Below the pieces are notes generated by a model that saw only the letters and a list, made by a program, of their open reading frames with translations, did no database searches and was not told the DNA's origin. The position numbers and the translations under genes were made by a program. Of a DNA stretch of 64,000 bases, positions 52,360 to 64,000 are shown piece after piece; the first letter of the stretch is position 1; each line of letters starts with the position of its first letter. Source of the stretch: Ginglymostoma cirratum. Lineage: Eukaryota. The stretch spans positions 17,058,875 to 17,122,874 of the forward strand of contig JAHRHZ010000084.1 of assembly GCA_024137785.1 (NCBI GenBank), given 5' to 3'.

Positions 52360-52982
52360 GCATCCTGGATTGACTTGTATTTAAACTTGTCAGAACGATG
52401 CCACGGGAGGGGAAAAAAGTAGGCACGTGAACCATAACTGTCCACTAACTGCATATACACTTTGGATTGTACGTTTTTAAAGATGGTTTATTTTTATTCT
52501 CTAATTTACTCATGTATTTTTTATGTTAAGATTGTACTGCTAACACCCTATCTCTCTTCTTCCTCCCCCCGCCCCCCCCCCACAAAATGTTTTATATATT
52601 GTTGTTCATGAGAGGAGACTAGAATTTAAAAGTATTCTAATTTAAAAAGCCCTTTCTTTATTATTAATATAGTGCCATTTTTAACCCTGTGTGTTTCATG
52701 GCAGAGCCAGTTACTTATGTCGCAACTATTTAGACCGTTTTCACCAGCTATCCATCTGACCGCAAAGCTTTCCCTTTCACAATGCTGATGGGTTTGAGCA
52801 GCGGGAAAGTTTAAAATCCTATGGGACTGTAGTATCAGCTGGGCAGGATAAAACCTCTTTCGGTTGCATTGAAATACCGAAAGCTGTAAATAACGTTAAC
52901 TGTTCAGCTAACTGAGGACATCTACAACCATTTCTGAGTATATTTTGTATTGGAGATTGCTCTCTGCAGTGTGTGGGCTATG

Positions 52983-53980
52983 TCCAGCATCGACAATGTT
53001 TTGCTTTTGTTGTTGCATTGTTCATTTGAAATTGGAAATGAGGCTATTGTAAACCACTAAAGGGGAAAGTGTTAGAACATGAGGTGTAGAGAAATGAACG
53101 TAAGCCTTGCCCCTGAGCTCATCATCACTAGTGTCATTACCACACAAGTGACATTATTTAAAGAGGCATTGCTGATCTGTTCTAATATCTACTTTGTGGC
53201 ATGGTATCAAATTTTGTTTGATAATGCTACTGCAAAGCATCCTGGGGATTTTTACTGAATTAAAGATGCTCGACAAATCTATGCTTCGGTTGAAAAATAA
53301 GTCTCATATTCAGGAATCTGGAATAGTTAATGTTCTGCGCTTTAGAAAGGTAACGGGCAACATCGGAAGTTAATCATTGTACCTAAGTGGCTACTGCAGT
53401 GTGCCTTAGAGCTCCCTGACTGCTGCCTGATCATTATTCTACAAGACAGCAATGACACAAGGTCTGCTTTGGGATTAGAGTACTGCAGGGATATTTCAGG
53501 ATGACAAAATAGCCAGGTGGCTGTGAGCTGTTAGTTTGGCTGTTGAGTGTCAGTACTTACAATCTTGTTTGCTATTGTAATGCAACTTGTTGTGTTGCTA
53601 AGTGGTCCTGCTGATGATCACTTTAATCTGCAAACAACAGCTATCAATACTGGGCAAGGCTGAGGCAATCCTTGTATAAGTCATGTTGAAAATCTTAACA
53701 AGCGGACCACATACCTGTAGTGCACTTCACTTAGCGTATTTCATCTATCAAACATGGCTATTTTAGCTGTTAAAATTATTCCATTATTCTTAACCATTTT
53801 TCTTTAAATAATGTCATCTGTGTGGTAATGACACCAGTGATGATGATCCCAAGGGCAGGGCTTATGTTTGTTTTTCTATGCCTCATGTTCTTCCAGTTCC
53901 CCCTTCAGTGGTTTATAAGAGCCTCCTTTCCAACTTCAATGAACGATGTAACAACAAAAGCAAAATACTGTTGCTGCTGG
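52983..53980. repeat. Diverged inverted duplication, arms about 52983-53164 and 53801-53980
   Basis: For example, atcatcactagtgtcattaccacaca vs tgtgtggtaatgacaccagtgatgat. Roughly 80 percent identity by eye. Confidence 0.85.
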
Positions 53981-54085
53981 AGAGCTGAGATTTAAAAAAA
54001 GGGAAGTGCTGGAGAAACTTGGCAGGCCTGTTGGTATCTGCGGAGAAAGATACAGGGTTAACGTTTTAACTCTGATTTGACTCTC
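53955..54085 (-). mobile_element. Older Penelope-derived short element
   Basis: gtgctggagaaacttggcaggcctgttggtatctgcggagaaagatacagggttaacgttt. Confidence 0.55.
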
Positions 54086-54819
54086 CAATATAATAATCTT
54101 TCGAAATCTACCATTCTGATTTTTCCTTTCTAAAGATTTAAAGTAAGCAATTTCACTCACAAATGTTCAAATTGAGTGAAAAAATAGCTGCTTTAAAAAA
54201 GTCCTGCTGATTCCAGACAGAGTGTAATATACAGATGGGTTAGCCGCTTGTATGAGAGCATTGTCACGAACGTTGAGGTGGCCTGAGGGAAGGAGAAAGT
54301 TTCTGGGAATTCCATTGGTATCAAATTGCAGTGTGTGATTTATGGGGGTATGAGTTCTAATGAGTGGTTTGTGGGTGAAGTATAACATGACAATTGTAAG
54401 ACGAATGTTCGAGTTGGAGGATAAGGTACTGGAACATAAATACTGAAGAGGCAGGAATGTACTTGATGACTCGATTATCTTCAGTCCCTTTCCGAAGTAC
54501 AGAAAATAGGAGATTTCTGTTGATTGTAATTTTCCTAAGTTTTTTTCCCCCTCCCCATCCTGATTTATTTCAGGGACGTACCTTGTATCTTAAATGATGA
54601 AGACAGATACAAATATGGCTGTTCAATTCACCTGCTCTCTCCTTATTTTCTATAATTAATTCTCCAGACTCACTTTGTTTAGGACCAGCACCCACTTTAT
54701 TAATTCTCTTCAGCAAAAGTCTCTCTTCACACTGGGTCCTGTTGTCCCTCGATGTCCTTCCTCCTGAGTTCCCCAAAATTATCAGTGGCATGGTACATGG
54801 TATGAGGGAATTTAACCAC

Positions 54820-55465
54820 TATCCCTTGACAGACAATGGCCGTTACCTGAGTTGAAAACCCCCCATCGTTAACACCCTGGCGGTTACTGTTGACAAAAAT
54901 GGAAACTGGAATAGCCGTATAAATACTGTGGCTACATGTTCTGCAGCAAATAACTCATTCTACTGCTGAAAAATTGTCCACCCTCTACAAAGCACGTGTT
55001 AGCAGTATCGTGGAATGCTGTCCACTCATGTGGACAACACTCCAGGTGCTTGACACTATTCAACAGAACGCAGCTCGCTTAATTGGCTCCCCATCTACTG
55101 CGTTCAATATCCACTCCATCCATGACTGACACAGAGTGGCAGCAAGATGCACTGCACCACCACACCAAAGATCCTTCAATAGTCTCTTCCAAATCCGCAA
55201 CCTCTACCACCATGAGGGGACAGCAGATGTGTAGGAACACCGTTACCTGCAAGTTCCCCTCCAGGCTAAATGCCATCCTGATTTGGAAATATGTTGCTTC
55301 AGGGTCGATGGGTCAAAATCCTGGGATTCCCTCCCTTGCAGCACTCCACCACATGGACTGTAGTGGTTTAAGGTGGCAACTCATCAGCTCTTCTCAATGG
55401 GGCAACTGGGGATGGATCATAGATGCTGGCCAAGCTGGTGATTGGCCACATCCCGTAAAGATCAA
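54820..55465 (+). mobile_element. CR1/L2-group LINE (second family) 3' portion
   Basis: caagatgcactgc...cctgcaagttcccctccag...gggtcaaaatcctgg, shared with 62490-62845. Confidence 0.75.
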
Positions 55466-57321
55466 ATTAAAAACCTTCCTGAAGACTGATGCCTGGAATT
55501 GGACACTGCCTGCCATCTGAGGTCTAGTTCATTATTTATCAATATTTGGCATAACCCTTGCATTTGTGTTTTTATAAAGACAGCATCCCATATGGCTACA
55601 ATAGTTTTCTCAAATTCTGTTGCCACTTTCGAAGATTTGTATATGTGAAACCATAGTCCAGGTGAAACGATCACAATCAGGAAATTATTCCAGAAGTGTG
55701 AGAGCCCACAGTTGTCCAACGCATAGTTTTGGGCATAGCTCGAGTTGTCGAAGTGACACAGGGGGTTTGAATCACCAAGAGTTCTTTGTTCTCAGTTTTT
55801 TCTAGCTTCCTGTTATTGAATGGAAATCCTGTTCTTCATTAGAAATACATGGAAGGCTTTATGATGCAATATAATCCATGTAGACAAAATGGGTGAGATC
55901 TGCATGTAGTTGCTTTCCAGGTGGATTGAAACAATCCCCTCATAAATCCCCATGACTGGTTCTGAAGTGAATGTTCAACAGTAAATTTTATGGATGCAGT
56001 CTTACAGGAGGCTGTGTGTGGTGGGTTATGGTGGGATTAGTGGCAGTGTTGGATGAGAAATCCATTGAGGCCCACCTCAATGATGGGAGCGTCCTGCTCC
56101 ACCATTTCTGCCTTTCACAAGCAGTGAGGCATGTTTCTTGCTAGGCAGTAATGAGTTGCCCATTGAGGGGTAATTTTGCTTGTTAAATGCTTTGTTAACA
56201 GGCCACCTATATTAAGCTTTCCATCTTACCAAATATTTGAGAGATAGACTGAGTGTGACATGGAAATCAGAGCGGAGTATCTGCTGACGTCAGCTTGTCA
56301 CTTGTTCCAGTCCACCTCCATGTTGTGTAGACCAAACAATGTCCTCGGGCACAATCCATGGGCACTAGCTGCCCTTACCCCTCATTACCAGACATTGGCA
56401 TTCAGCATTTGCCAACTTCCCACGGCTACTGTGGCATCTGTCTGCTTGTAGGACCGTCTGGAATCACAGGCCTTGGATGTTCTTGTGGGTGTGTGTAGGA
56501 TTGAAATGTTGCAGCATGGACACTTTGTTCAGGGACAGGCACCCAGCTCCTAGATTGGACCAGGTTGCATTTCGCCAGTTCACTTGCTCACTCAGACACT
56601 GCCTGTTTAATCACATCATCGGCGCCTTGCCTTGCTTTGCCAATTAACGTAGTCACCTAAGTGGGTAGTGTACCTTTCTGGTCAGCCGCCCTCGGTCTAG
56701 GAGGCGCACAGGTTGCTGTATGGCAGTGTGCTACATCAACGTCATGCCTGCTCCATGTACCAGCAGCTAACGCGGCAGGCACACTGCATGTGCAGCAACA
56801 GGCAGTCTACAAGGAGTGGTCCTCTCTGGCCTCCATGGAGCACCTGTCAGTCGGTGGGGGGGGGGCTCCTGGCACAGACGTCAAGGGCTGCTTCCCGTAC
56901 CAATGCAGAGGATTTGCCAGGGTCAGGTGTCTGTAGCCCACCTGAGGGACTGAGTCACAGCCTGCCCTGTGGCTCCATCACAGCCACTCTGGGGGTAGGG
57001 CTATTGCATATGGGAAAGCGTTGAGGAGTCACTCTGGGGTCTTGTATGGTTAGGTCACTCAAGGAGCCTAGTCAGTCTGCTTACAGAAACTAAGGGGAGG
57101 GGTGAGTGGCGTGGAGTGGAGTGGAGGGGTTGAGGTGGAGAGCAAGGAGGTAGGGAAGGAGACTCAGTTATTCTTCAGATTAGAGAGCTGCAGTCTGGGG
57201 AATAGAACAGTATCTTCAATGGGAGATAGTAAAGCATGGACAGAAAGGAGGAGGGGGAATTTGTCCATGATCAGTAGCACCCTGCCTCGAGGGGTGGGGG
57301 GGCAGTGTATGACATCTGGTA

Positions 57322-57463
57322 TGGTCACCTCAGATGCCAGGGGCTGGGGAGTCAGGGAAGAAGGGACAGGCGCATATAGGGGACCTGAGGTGGTCACCTC
57401 AGATGCCAGGGGCTGGGGAGTCAGGGAAGAAGGGACAGGCGCATATAGGGGACCTGAGGTGGT
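57322..57463 (+). repeat. Perfect tandem duplication of 69 bp with tggt microhomology
   Basis: 57322-57390 equals 57391-57459, and tggt recurs at 57460-57463. Confidence 0.95.
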
Positions 57464-58249
57464 GCAAAGCCAATGGAGTTAATGGGTAGGGCTGCCGGGA
57501 ATGGGGTCTGGATGTTTGGGCTGTCACCGATAAGTAGAGGCTGGAATCAGCCGGCTGAGGGAGCACTCACTGTTGAAGGTGTGCGTTAGGGAATGACGTG
57601 GCCGTGACCACACACCAACTCAGTGGGGCATATGACTCGGCCTCAAATAGAGAGCAGTATAAGACTCACTGATGTGAAGGCCTCACAGGGAAAGAGGATT
57701 GCACATAGACCCATGCACTGTCCAGGATACAGACCTGCAGGTTCCCTGATCCCTGCAGCTTCAGGTCAATGACAGCCATTGCCTCCCATATCCCTGTCTG
57801 CTGCTCCTGTTCCTCCCTGTGCATCTGGGTGAAGTCCCCGATCGCTGACCCCACAGCAGCGCCTCCTGCCTGGGGTGGAGCAGGTAGCTGGTCTCTGAGT
57901 GCCAGTGACCTGGGCTGTTTCTCCCACAGCAACCACAGAGCGTCATAGTGAGGTGCTCATCAGATTGTGCTTCCACACACTCAAAGCCTCCTGCTTGCTC
58001 CTGAGACGGGAAGCATCGACAAGGCTACCTCCTCTGAGGGCTCAGTGCTCTCGTCCTCCGAGATCTTGGGGAGGGGGTTTGGGGGAACAGCTATTTCTCC
58101 ACAGAAGTAGTGGACATCTGGTACTTGCAGTACAAAATGGAGACAAGGTGCCGTGGCCAGTGTTTAGAAGTGGTGTGCAAAGAATGGCACTGACAGCGGG
58201 GTTACTTTGAGAGTAGCCGTGAAATGAAGAGTTGTATTTACTCAGCGGG

Positions 58250-58925
58250 TGGGACATGGACATCTCTGTGTCACCCGCCATAATGGTCCTTGCTGCCCTC
58301 TCATGTGAAAGACGGGATCTTCTCCTCATTGTGGGTGAGGAACTTAATGTTGGGCACCTGTCCAGCCAAGCAAGCCTTCTGTGCCCTATTGTGGGCTGTA
58401 TTGTCTTGTAATGAGAGAAAGAGGAAGATTGAGTGAGATTCCAGTGGGTGGCACATGCTGGTATAGCTGAGGGAACAATAGTGAGAGGTTCCGAGGGAGT
58501 GAGGAGGCAGCACAGGGGCCATGCAATGTAAAAGTGGTGTCGGGGGGTGGGGTGGGTGGAGGGGAGTTGGGTAGGGGGAGGTGGGGTGTGGTGAAGGCGC
58601 GGTCCTCATTCTGAGTGAGGGAAGGTGTTGCTGGGAATGGTGGGAGTGGCGCAGAGGGTCAGCCATGATGGCAGTAGTGGAGGTAGAGATTGCATAGCAG
58701 TTTTTCTGGCAGAGCAAGGAAGGTCATTGACCTTAGGGCTGTTCCTCAGGACTGTTGAAATGGCACCAGCCTGGGTGGCAATCTTGGACCAAGCGGCCAG
58801 GGTCTGGTGGCATGGAGCCTTCTGCTGGTCCAATGGGAAGAGGACTGCTCTCCTTTGCGTTGCTCCTTTGACCACGACCATTCAGGTCCCCGTTGGAGAA
58901 TGACAAAGCCATTTCCCTCTTCTCT
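58250..58925 (-). pseudogene. Harbinger-type Myb/SANT DNA-binding protein relic (two exon-like blocks)
   Basis: MALSFSNGDL, frameshift, then RRAVLFPLDQQKAPCHQTLAAWSKIATQAGAISTVLRNSPKVNDL. After a pyrimidine tract and acceptor-like site, DNTAHNRAQKACLAGQVPNIKFLTHNEEKI resembles the HN.RE...TGGG.P....LT..EE block. Confidence 0.6.
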
Positions 58926-60344
58926 GATATTTTTCCAAATCATCCCTGACCAAGCAGGGGGCACTTTGGAGTCCCAGTGCTCATCTGGGTGCCCAGTGAC
59001 TGCTAAAGATGGCATGGGCACAGGGTTTGCCATTCTTTTGGCCAATAGCCATTGACATGAGAGTAGTTCTGGGATAGGCATGTAGTAAGGTGGGGATGGA
59101 ATTGGATATAGGGATGCCACAGGTGTGGGGAAGGCAAGGTATGGGAAGAAATCTGTCAAGGCCTCGAGTTTGAAAAAACTCAACCAACTCACACTTAGCC
59201 AGAAAAACATAAGATTCACCCCCAAATATTTAAACACACCAATGGTGATTGTGCACAATTCTTCCAACTTCTGATCTTCATCCAGCAAAATATTTATAAA
59301 CTCTAGAAATGTTTGTGTGGTTACCATACTTCTGAAGTAGCTCACTTCTGATTAAAGTGAGTTATTCACCTGCTGACTCATGTCTACTTTTTCTTCGAGT
59401 GTAGCCCTCTGTAATTACTATTAAACGGCAACCGACCTGTCTGGAGTATTGAATTGGACTGAAGAAGGCTCTTTGAAAAAAATCTAAGAAGATTAGATTG
59501 GAATTAGTCTGGTTTGAATTTGAAATCTACCTCCCAACTCGTCATTACAGTAAAACATTGCACAATAGAATCGTATTTCAAATCAAGGCTTTCCTAAGCT
59601 TTTTAAAGCTCATTTTTCCACACCACAAAACTTTGCTCTGGTTTTAATAATGAGCCATTCTTTATGCTTATTTTACTGTAATGTGGATTAAAGGAAGAGC
59701 ACAGTGTGAGAATTCATGATGCACACTTCAGTTTGCTTGCTTTCTGACTGATCAGCTGAATACTAGGCCCGTCCTCCGATCAGAAGAATTGGCCCAATGC
59801 ACCTACTTAGAAAAGGAAGAGATTTATTATGTGACTTAACAGTCCACATCAAACGGTGCTGCCAATATGTCAAGAGTTCAATCATTTCAGCTTCAATCGT
59901 TAGTTACATCAACAAGGACAAAGGGAACACAGTGTGGTTTTGTAGCCCAGCGCAAAGATTAAAAGTACTGATCGGGTCACGGTGTCCCAGTATTTAACAA
60001 AACCCTATTGATTTCTAATAGCTGCAGAAGACAATAGGCTCATTATGGTAAATTGTGTCAGAGTTTGCAGACAAAGCAAATCCAACTCATCTTTATTCAA
60101 AATTTTGTTACCTTATTGTAGAGTGGAAGATTTTTCTAGTATAAGTGAATATGTTAGCTAAATTGACGTTGTACACAGCAGTTCAGGGGAAAAAAAACGT
60201 GTGCAACATTATTCAATCAATTTACCCATTGCATTGAACTTCATGCTAAGCAAAGGCTTTACAAATCTACAATTGACTTGGTATTGAGGATACAGTTACC
60301 CTGTAGCTGACCACAGTGTGCCAATTGCAGCAATTAAGGGAACA

Positions 60345-60510
60345 GTGGCACCGTGGTAATGCTATTGAACTGATTATCTGGAGATATTGGTGCAACTTCT
60401 ATTCTGGCAGCCGGTGAATTTAAATTGAATGAACTAAATAAAAGTGGAGCTTTGCATCAGCAGTAGCAGTAATGAAAATGTAGGCATGCCATGTAAACTT
60501 ATCTGGCGCA
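60345..60510 (+). mobile_element. tRNA-derived SINE 5' part, degraded
   Basis: gtggcaccgtggtaatgc A-box-like start followed by tggcagccggtgaatttaaatt. Confidence 0.45.
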
Positions 60511-60521
60511 TTAATAGTGGG

Positions 60522-60812
60522 CATATAGGTTTAAGGTGAGAGTGGAAAGATTTAAAGAGACCGAAGGGGCGATATTTTTTTTTCCACGCAGAGGCTGGTG
60601 CGTGTATGGAACAAGCTGCCAGAGGAAGTGGTGGAGGCTGGTACAATTACAACATTTAAAAGGCATCTGGATGGGTAGATGAATAGGAAAGGTTTTGAGG
60701 GATATGGGCCAAATGCTGGCAAATGGGACTAGATGAGTTTGGGATATCTGGTTAGCAAGGATGACTTGGACCGAGTGGTCTGTTTCTGTGCTGCATATCT
60801 CTATGACTCTAT
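60522..60812 (+). mobile_element. CR1 LINE 3' end
   Basis: Highly similar to 16230-16500. Confidence 0.88.
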
Positions 60813-60904
60813 AACTGCCCAGGAGTACTGATAGAAAAAATAGGGGATATCAACAGTGCAAACCAAGTCTTCCCATGTACTTCCACATGCCAGTCCATTA
60901 TAGA

Positions 60905-61240
60905 AGGAATTTGCATTTATATACTGCCTTTCATAACCATGGAACATCAAACATATGCAAATACTTTTGAATTATGGTCACTGTTTGGAATTAGGCAACG
61001 AATTTGCTCACAGTAAGGTCCCACGAGCTGTAATATAGTAATGCTCATTTGATCTGTTTTAGTGTAGCGCTGGGGGATAATTATTGGCCAGGAAATAGTG
61101 TCTGTTTGAAATAGTGCCATGGAATCTTTCACATCCACCACAGAGGACGGACAAGATCTTTGGATTTAATGTTTTGTTGGAAAGACAGCACTCCAGCAGC
61201 GCAGCATCTCTTCAGTGCTACAATGGAGTGTCAGTATCAT
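60905..61240 (-). mobile_element. Deu-domain SINE (SacSINE1/AmnSINE1-like)
   Basis: aatttgctcacagtaaggtcccac...gggataattattggccagga...gaaatagtgccatggaatctttcacatccacc...gaaagacagcac. Confidence 0.75.
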
Positions 61241-62489
61241 TTTTATTAATGACCTCCTCCTGAAAGATTCTCAGATAACTTCCTACAGTGGTGGTATTTT
61301 ATGTTGATAGTGGCTTCCTTTAGCAGGAAAGACCCAATCACGTATTGGGAATGTTATTAACTGATCGATATGGAGGTCAGTTATAGCAGTGTTTCTAAAT
61401 CACAGCAGGGAGACAAATGCCAGATCCAAAGCAGTTGTTCCTTCAGGTTACGAAATTCTCCTTTTACTGAGTGGAATAAAATAAATATTTTAATCAGACT
61501 GATGCTGGGAGAGGCAGGGGGTGTGGCGGTGAGATTGGGAGTTGGACGAAAGTGAGTGTGGAGGGAGTGTAAATCAGAATGCTTTTGAGCAGTCATTATT
61601 ACAGTTAAATCCCAGCCGACCTAACAACAGCATTGTGAGAGCGTCTGCCCACCGACTGTGGTATTGAATGGGACTTACTGTCCCTCCCACAGGAAACTAG
61701 GGCTGGTCAATAATGCTAGTGACACCCATACATCCAGAATGATTACTTTCTTCACAACGTAGAAGGCTTGTTGATAAAGCAGGTTGGCGTTTTAATTATT
61801 CTTACACATCAAAACATATTCACTAATGTCACCCAGAGGGTTTGACCTCCGTTTTATGAGTTAGCTCCCTAATTTAAGTGTCTCGGTGCTTGACTGATGG
61901 AACATCAATCGCCAGGCTTCAGCTCCAGTCTTAGCATTCCATCACATTGTATCCATGGTGACCTATCATTCCCCATTGTGGCCACAATAAAATCAATCTC
62001 TCCGATGCCAGATTTTCCATTCCTGACATGTTCATCCTTCATCCCCTCGTGAATCAAACAGAACAAAAACTTGAAAAATTTCTTAACCTCCAAAACATCT
62101 TGCAGAGCCCCCTAATCCGGCCTCTCTCTCAAACTGCATCAGTGATGCCAGGAAGCAATAAAATTGACTCAGTATGTTGCTATTTTTCTTATGAGAATTT
62201 TAGCCATTCCTTGGATCTATTAATAGCTGAGAGGAACACATGTGGTCTGTGGGATTTTCTGGGAGTTTATTGCTGAACACGAATTAGATGTCTGAAAATC
62301 AACTGACTTGTAGGCAAATGATGTGCTCAGAAAGGAGGTTCAGTTTTGTCGCCTCATGCTGAGAAATTGATTTTTAAAAAAGAAAAGTGCTGATGTGTTT
62401 TTGAGAAGGGTTTAAAGTTATTCGGGGAGACACAAAAAAATCGCTTTTTGATATTTTTGTTTTTCTGTCGTATACCCGTTGCAGCGTTT

Positions 62490-62845
62490 ACCATCTAGAA
62501 GATGCACTGCATAAATTCAGCAACGATCCTTAGACAGCACCATCGAAACCCACAACCACTTCCATCTAGGAGGATACGGGAAGCAGACAATTGGGAATAC
62601 CACCTCCTACAAGTTCCCCTCCAAGCCACTCACCATCCTGACTTGGAAATATATCGCCATTCCTTTACTGTTTCTGGGTCAAAGTCCTGGAATTCCCTCC
62701 CTAAGGGCGTTGTGGGTCAACGTACAGTGGGTGGACAGCAGCAGTTCAAGAAGGCAGCTCATCACCACCTTCTCAAGGGCACCTAGGGACGGGCAATAAA
62801 TGTTGGCCGAGCCAGCAATGCCCACATCCTACAAATGAATAAAAA
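62490..62845 (+). mobile_element. CR1/L2-group LINE (second family) 3' end
   Basis: ORF 62502-62786 (RHSFTVSGSKSWNSLP..QQFKKAAHHHLLKG) followed by a 3' UTR ending aatgaataaaa. Confidence 0.85.
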
Positions 62846-63043
62846 GATCTCCATCATCAGGTTCCGAACACCCATTTTACACCAGATTCTCCAGGCAACG
62901 GATGCTCTTCACGACCTGGTTCAAATAACCGTGCCTCGCCTGACAATCTAAAGTCTTGTCAAGTGTCCTATTTAATCAGACCAATCTTATTCTCACCAAC
63001 TTTCACACAGCAGCAGATTGAGGTTTGTCTTGGATGATGTATT

Positions 63044-63405
63044 ATAGAATAGTAGAATCACACAATGCCTACAGTGCAGATAGAGGCCATTCAGACCATC
63101 GAGTTTGCACTGACATCCACGAAGAGCATCCTACCCAAACCCACACCCCACCCTATCCCTTAAGCCACTATTACCCATGACTAGAATACCCAGTCTATAC
63201 ATCCCCGGACACTATGGGGCAAATCAACGGGGCCAAGTCACCTAATCTGCACGTCTTTGGACTGTGGGAGGAAGCCGGAGCTCATGGAGGAAACCCACAC
63301 AGACACAGGGAGAACATGCAAACGCTACATGGACAATTGCCTGAGAATGGAATCAAACCCGGGTCCCTGGCGCTATGAGGCAGCAGTGCTAACTACTGTG
63401 CCACC
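63044..63405 (-). mobile_element. Full-length HE1-like V-SINE
   Basis: Minus strand A-box tggcacagtagttagc, B-box ggtttgattcc, V-domain gggtttcctccatgagctccggcttcctcccacagtccaaagac, and a CR1-derived tail. Confidence 0.85.
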
Positions 63406-63619
63406 ATAGTTTGTTCCTGAAAGTTGAAAAGCTTCAATGCCAGAATGTTAGTCACCCCCTGAAGATGGAATTCCACTGGGACACAGAGGTGATACTGTAT
63501 TCTGACGACTGTGCTGTATTCTGTTGCAGTCACTGGAGCCTCTTACTGCCCGTTGCTTTATGCCATGGCCTTAACACTAGTTGTGTCAAATTCTGGTCGC
63601 TGGAAGGATGTGAGGGTCC

Positions 63620-64000
63620 ATGAGAAGGTGCAGCGGCAGAATAGTTTCAGGGTATAGAGATTTCAGCTACAAAATTTGGTTTGAGAAGCTGGAGTTATAG
63701 TTCTGGGACCAAAGGAAAAGTGAGTGAGATTTGATCAGGATATTTCGAGTACATCAGGTTTAGAATAAGGTAGATAAATAAAGACCATTCCCTTAGTAGT
63801 TGATAGAAAGTGGCGGGGACACAGGACATAGGCTGTGAATTCTGCAGTAACTCAGCTCCTGACTTCCCAAAGCCTGTCCACCATCAAAAAGTTGCAGCTC
63901 AGGAGTGTGATGGAATAATCTGCATTTACCTGGATGGGTGCAGCTCCAGCCACACACCTGTAGCTTGACACCGTCCAGTACAAAGCAGCTCATTGGATTA
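63620..64000 (+). mobile_element. Old CR1 fragment followed by a second-family LINE fragment running off the window
   Basis: gagaagctggagtt...gagatttgatcagg; then ctcctgacttcccaaagcctgtccaccatc...ggagtgtgatggaata, similar to 38005-38070. Confidence 0.6.

Larger units (their letters stand above)
55980..59155. mobile_element. Probable decayed PIF/Harbinger DNA transposon (Myb/SANT gene on minus; possible transposase remnant on plus)
   Basis: A GC-rich block against an AT-rich background, containing Myb/SANT-like peptides at 58730-58920 and 58310-58405. The ends and TIRs are not resolved. Confidence 0.55.

Noticed and set aside
58538-58592. G-rich tract with G-quadruplex potential
   Set aside because: It is low-complexity sequence within the transposon relic, with nothing to indicate function.
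58746-59345. 199-aa minus-strand ORF
   Set aside because: There is no recognisable domain in that frame, and it crosses the edge of the transposon relic. The meaningful peptide is in other frames.

Overview
Vertebrate nuclear DNA, very likely from a shark, inferred from the repeat content: HE1-type V-SINE, Deu-domain SINEs, abundant CR1/L2 LINEs and Penelope-derived short elements. The only supportable host coding sequence is one large phase-0/0 exon of BCAR1 (p130Cas) at 8228-8989 (+). It encodes the SH3 domain and the YQxP half of the substrate domain, including six tandem 12-13 aa QDIYQVPP repeats. I could not recognise the first exon or the next exon (expected to begin VVVPTRVG), so the rest appears to be intron (over 55 kb downstream). 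That intron is filled with decayed retroelements, a probable PIF/Harbinger transposon relic and local duplications. The main items for a second look are: (1) a dispersed family of ~100-190 bp Penelope-derived elements with a minimal hammerhead-ribozyme core, including a young TSD-flanked copy and two fold-back copies, where cores sense to the gene are broken and antisense ones are mostly intact; (2) two perfect locally templated insertions (124 bp direct, 69 bp inverted); (3) the expanded BCAR1 tyrosine repeat. I see no convincing wholly new multi-gene system. Repeat boundaries are approximate, and family names come from recalled motifs, not from a database search.
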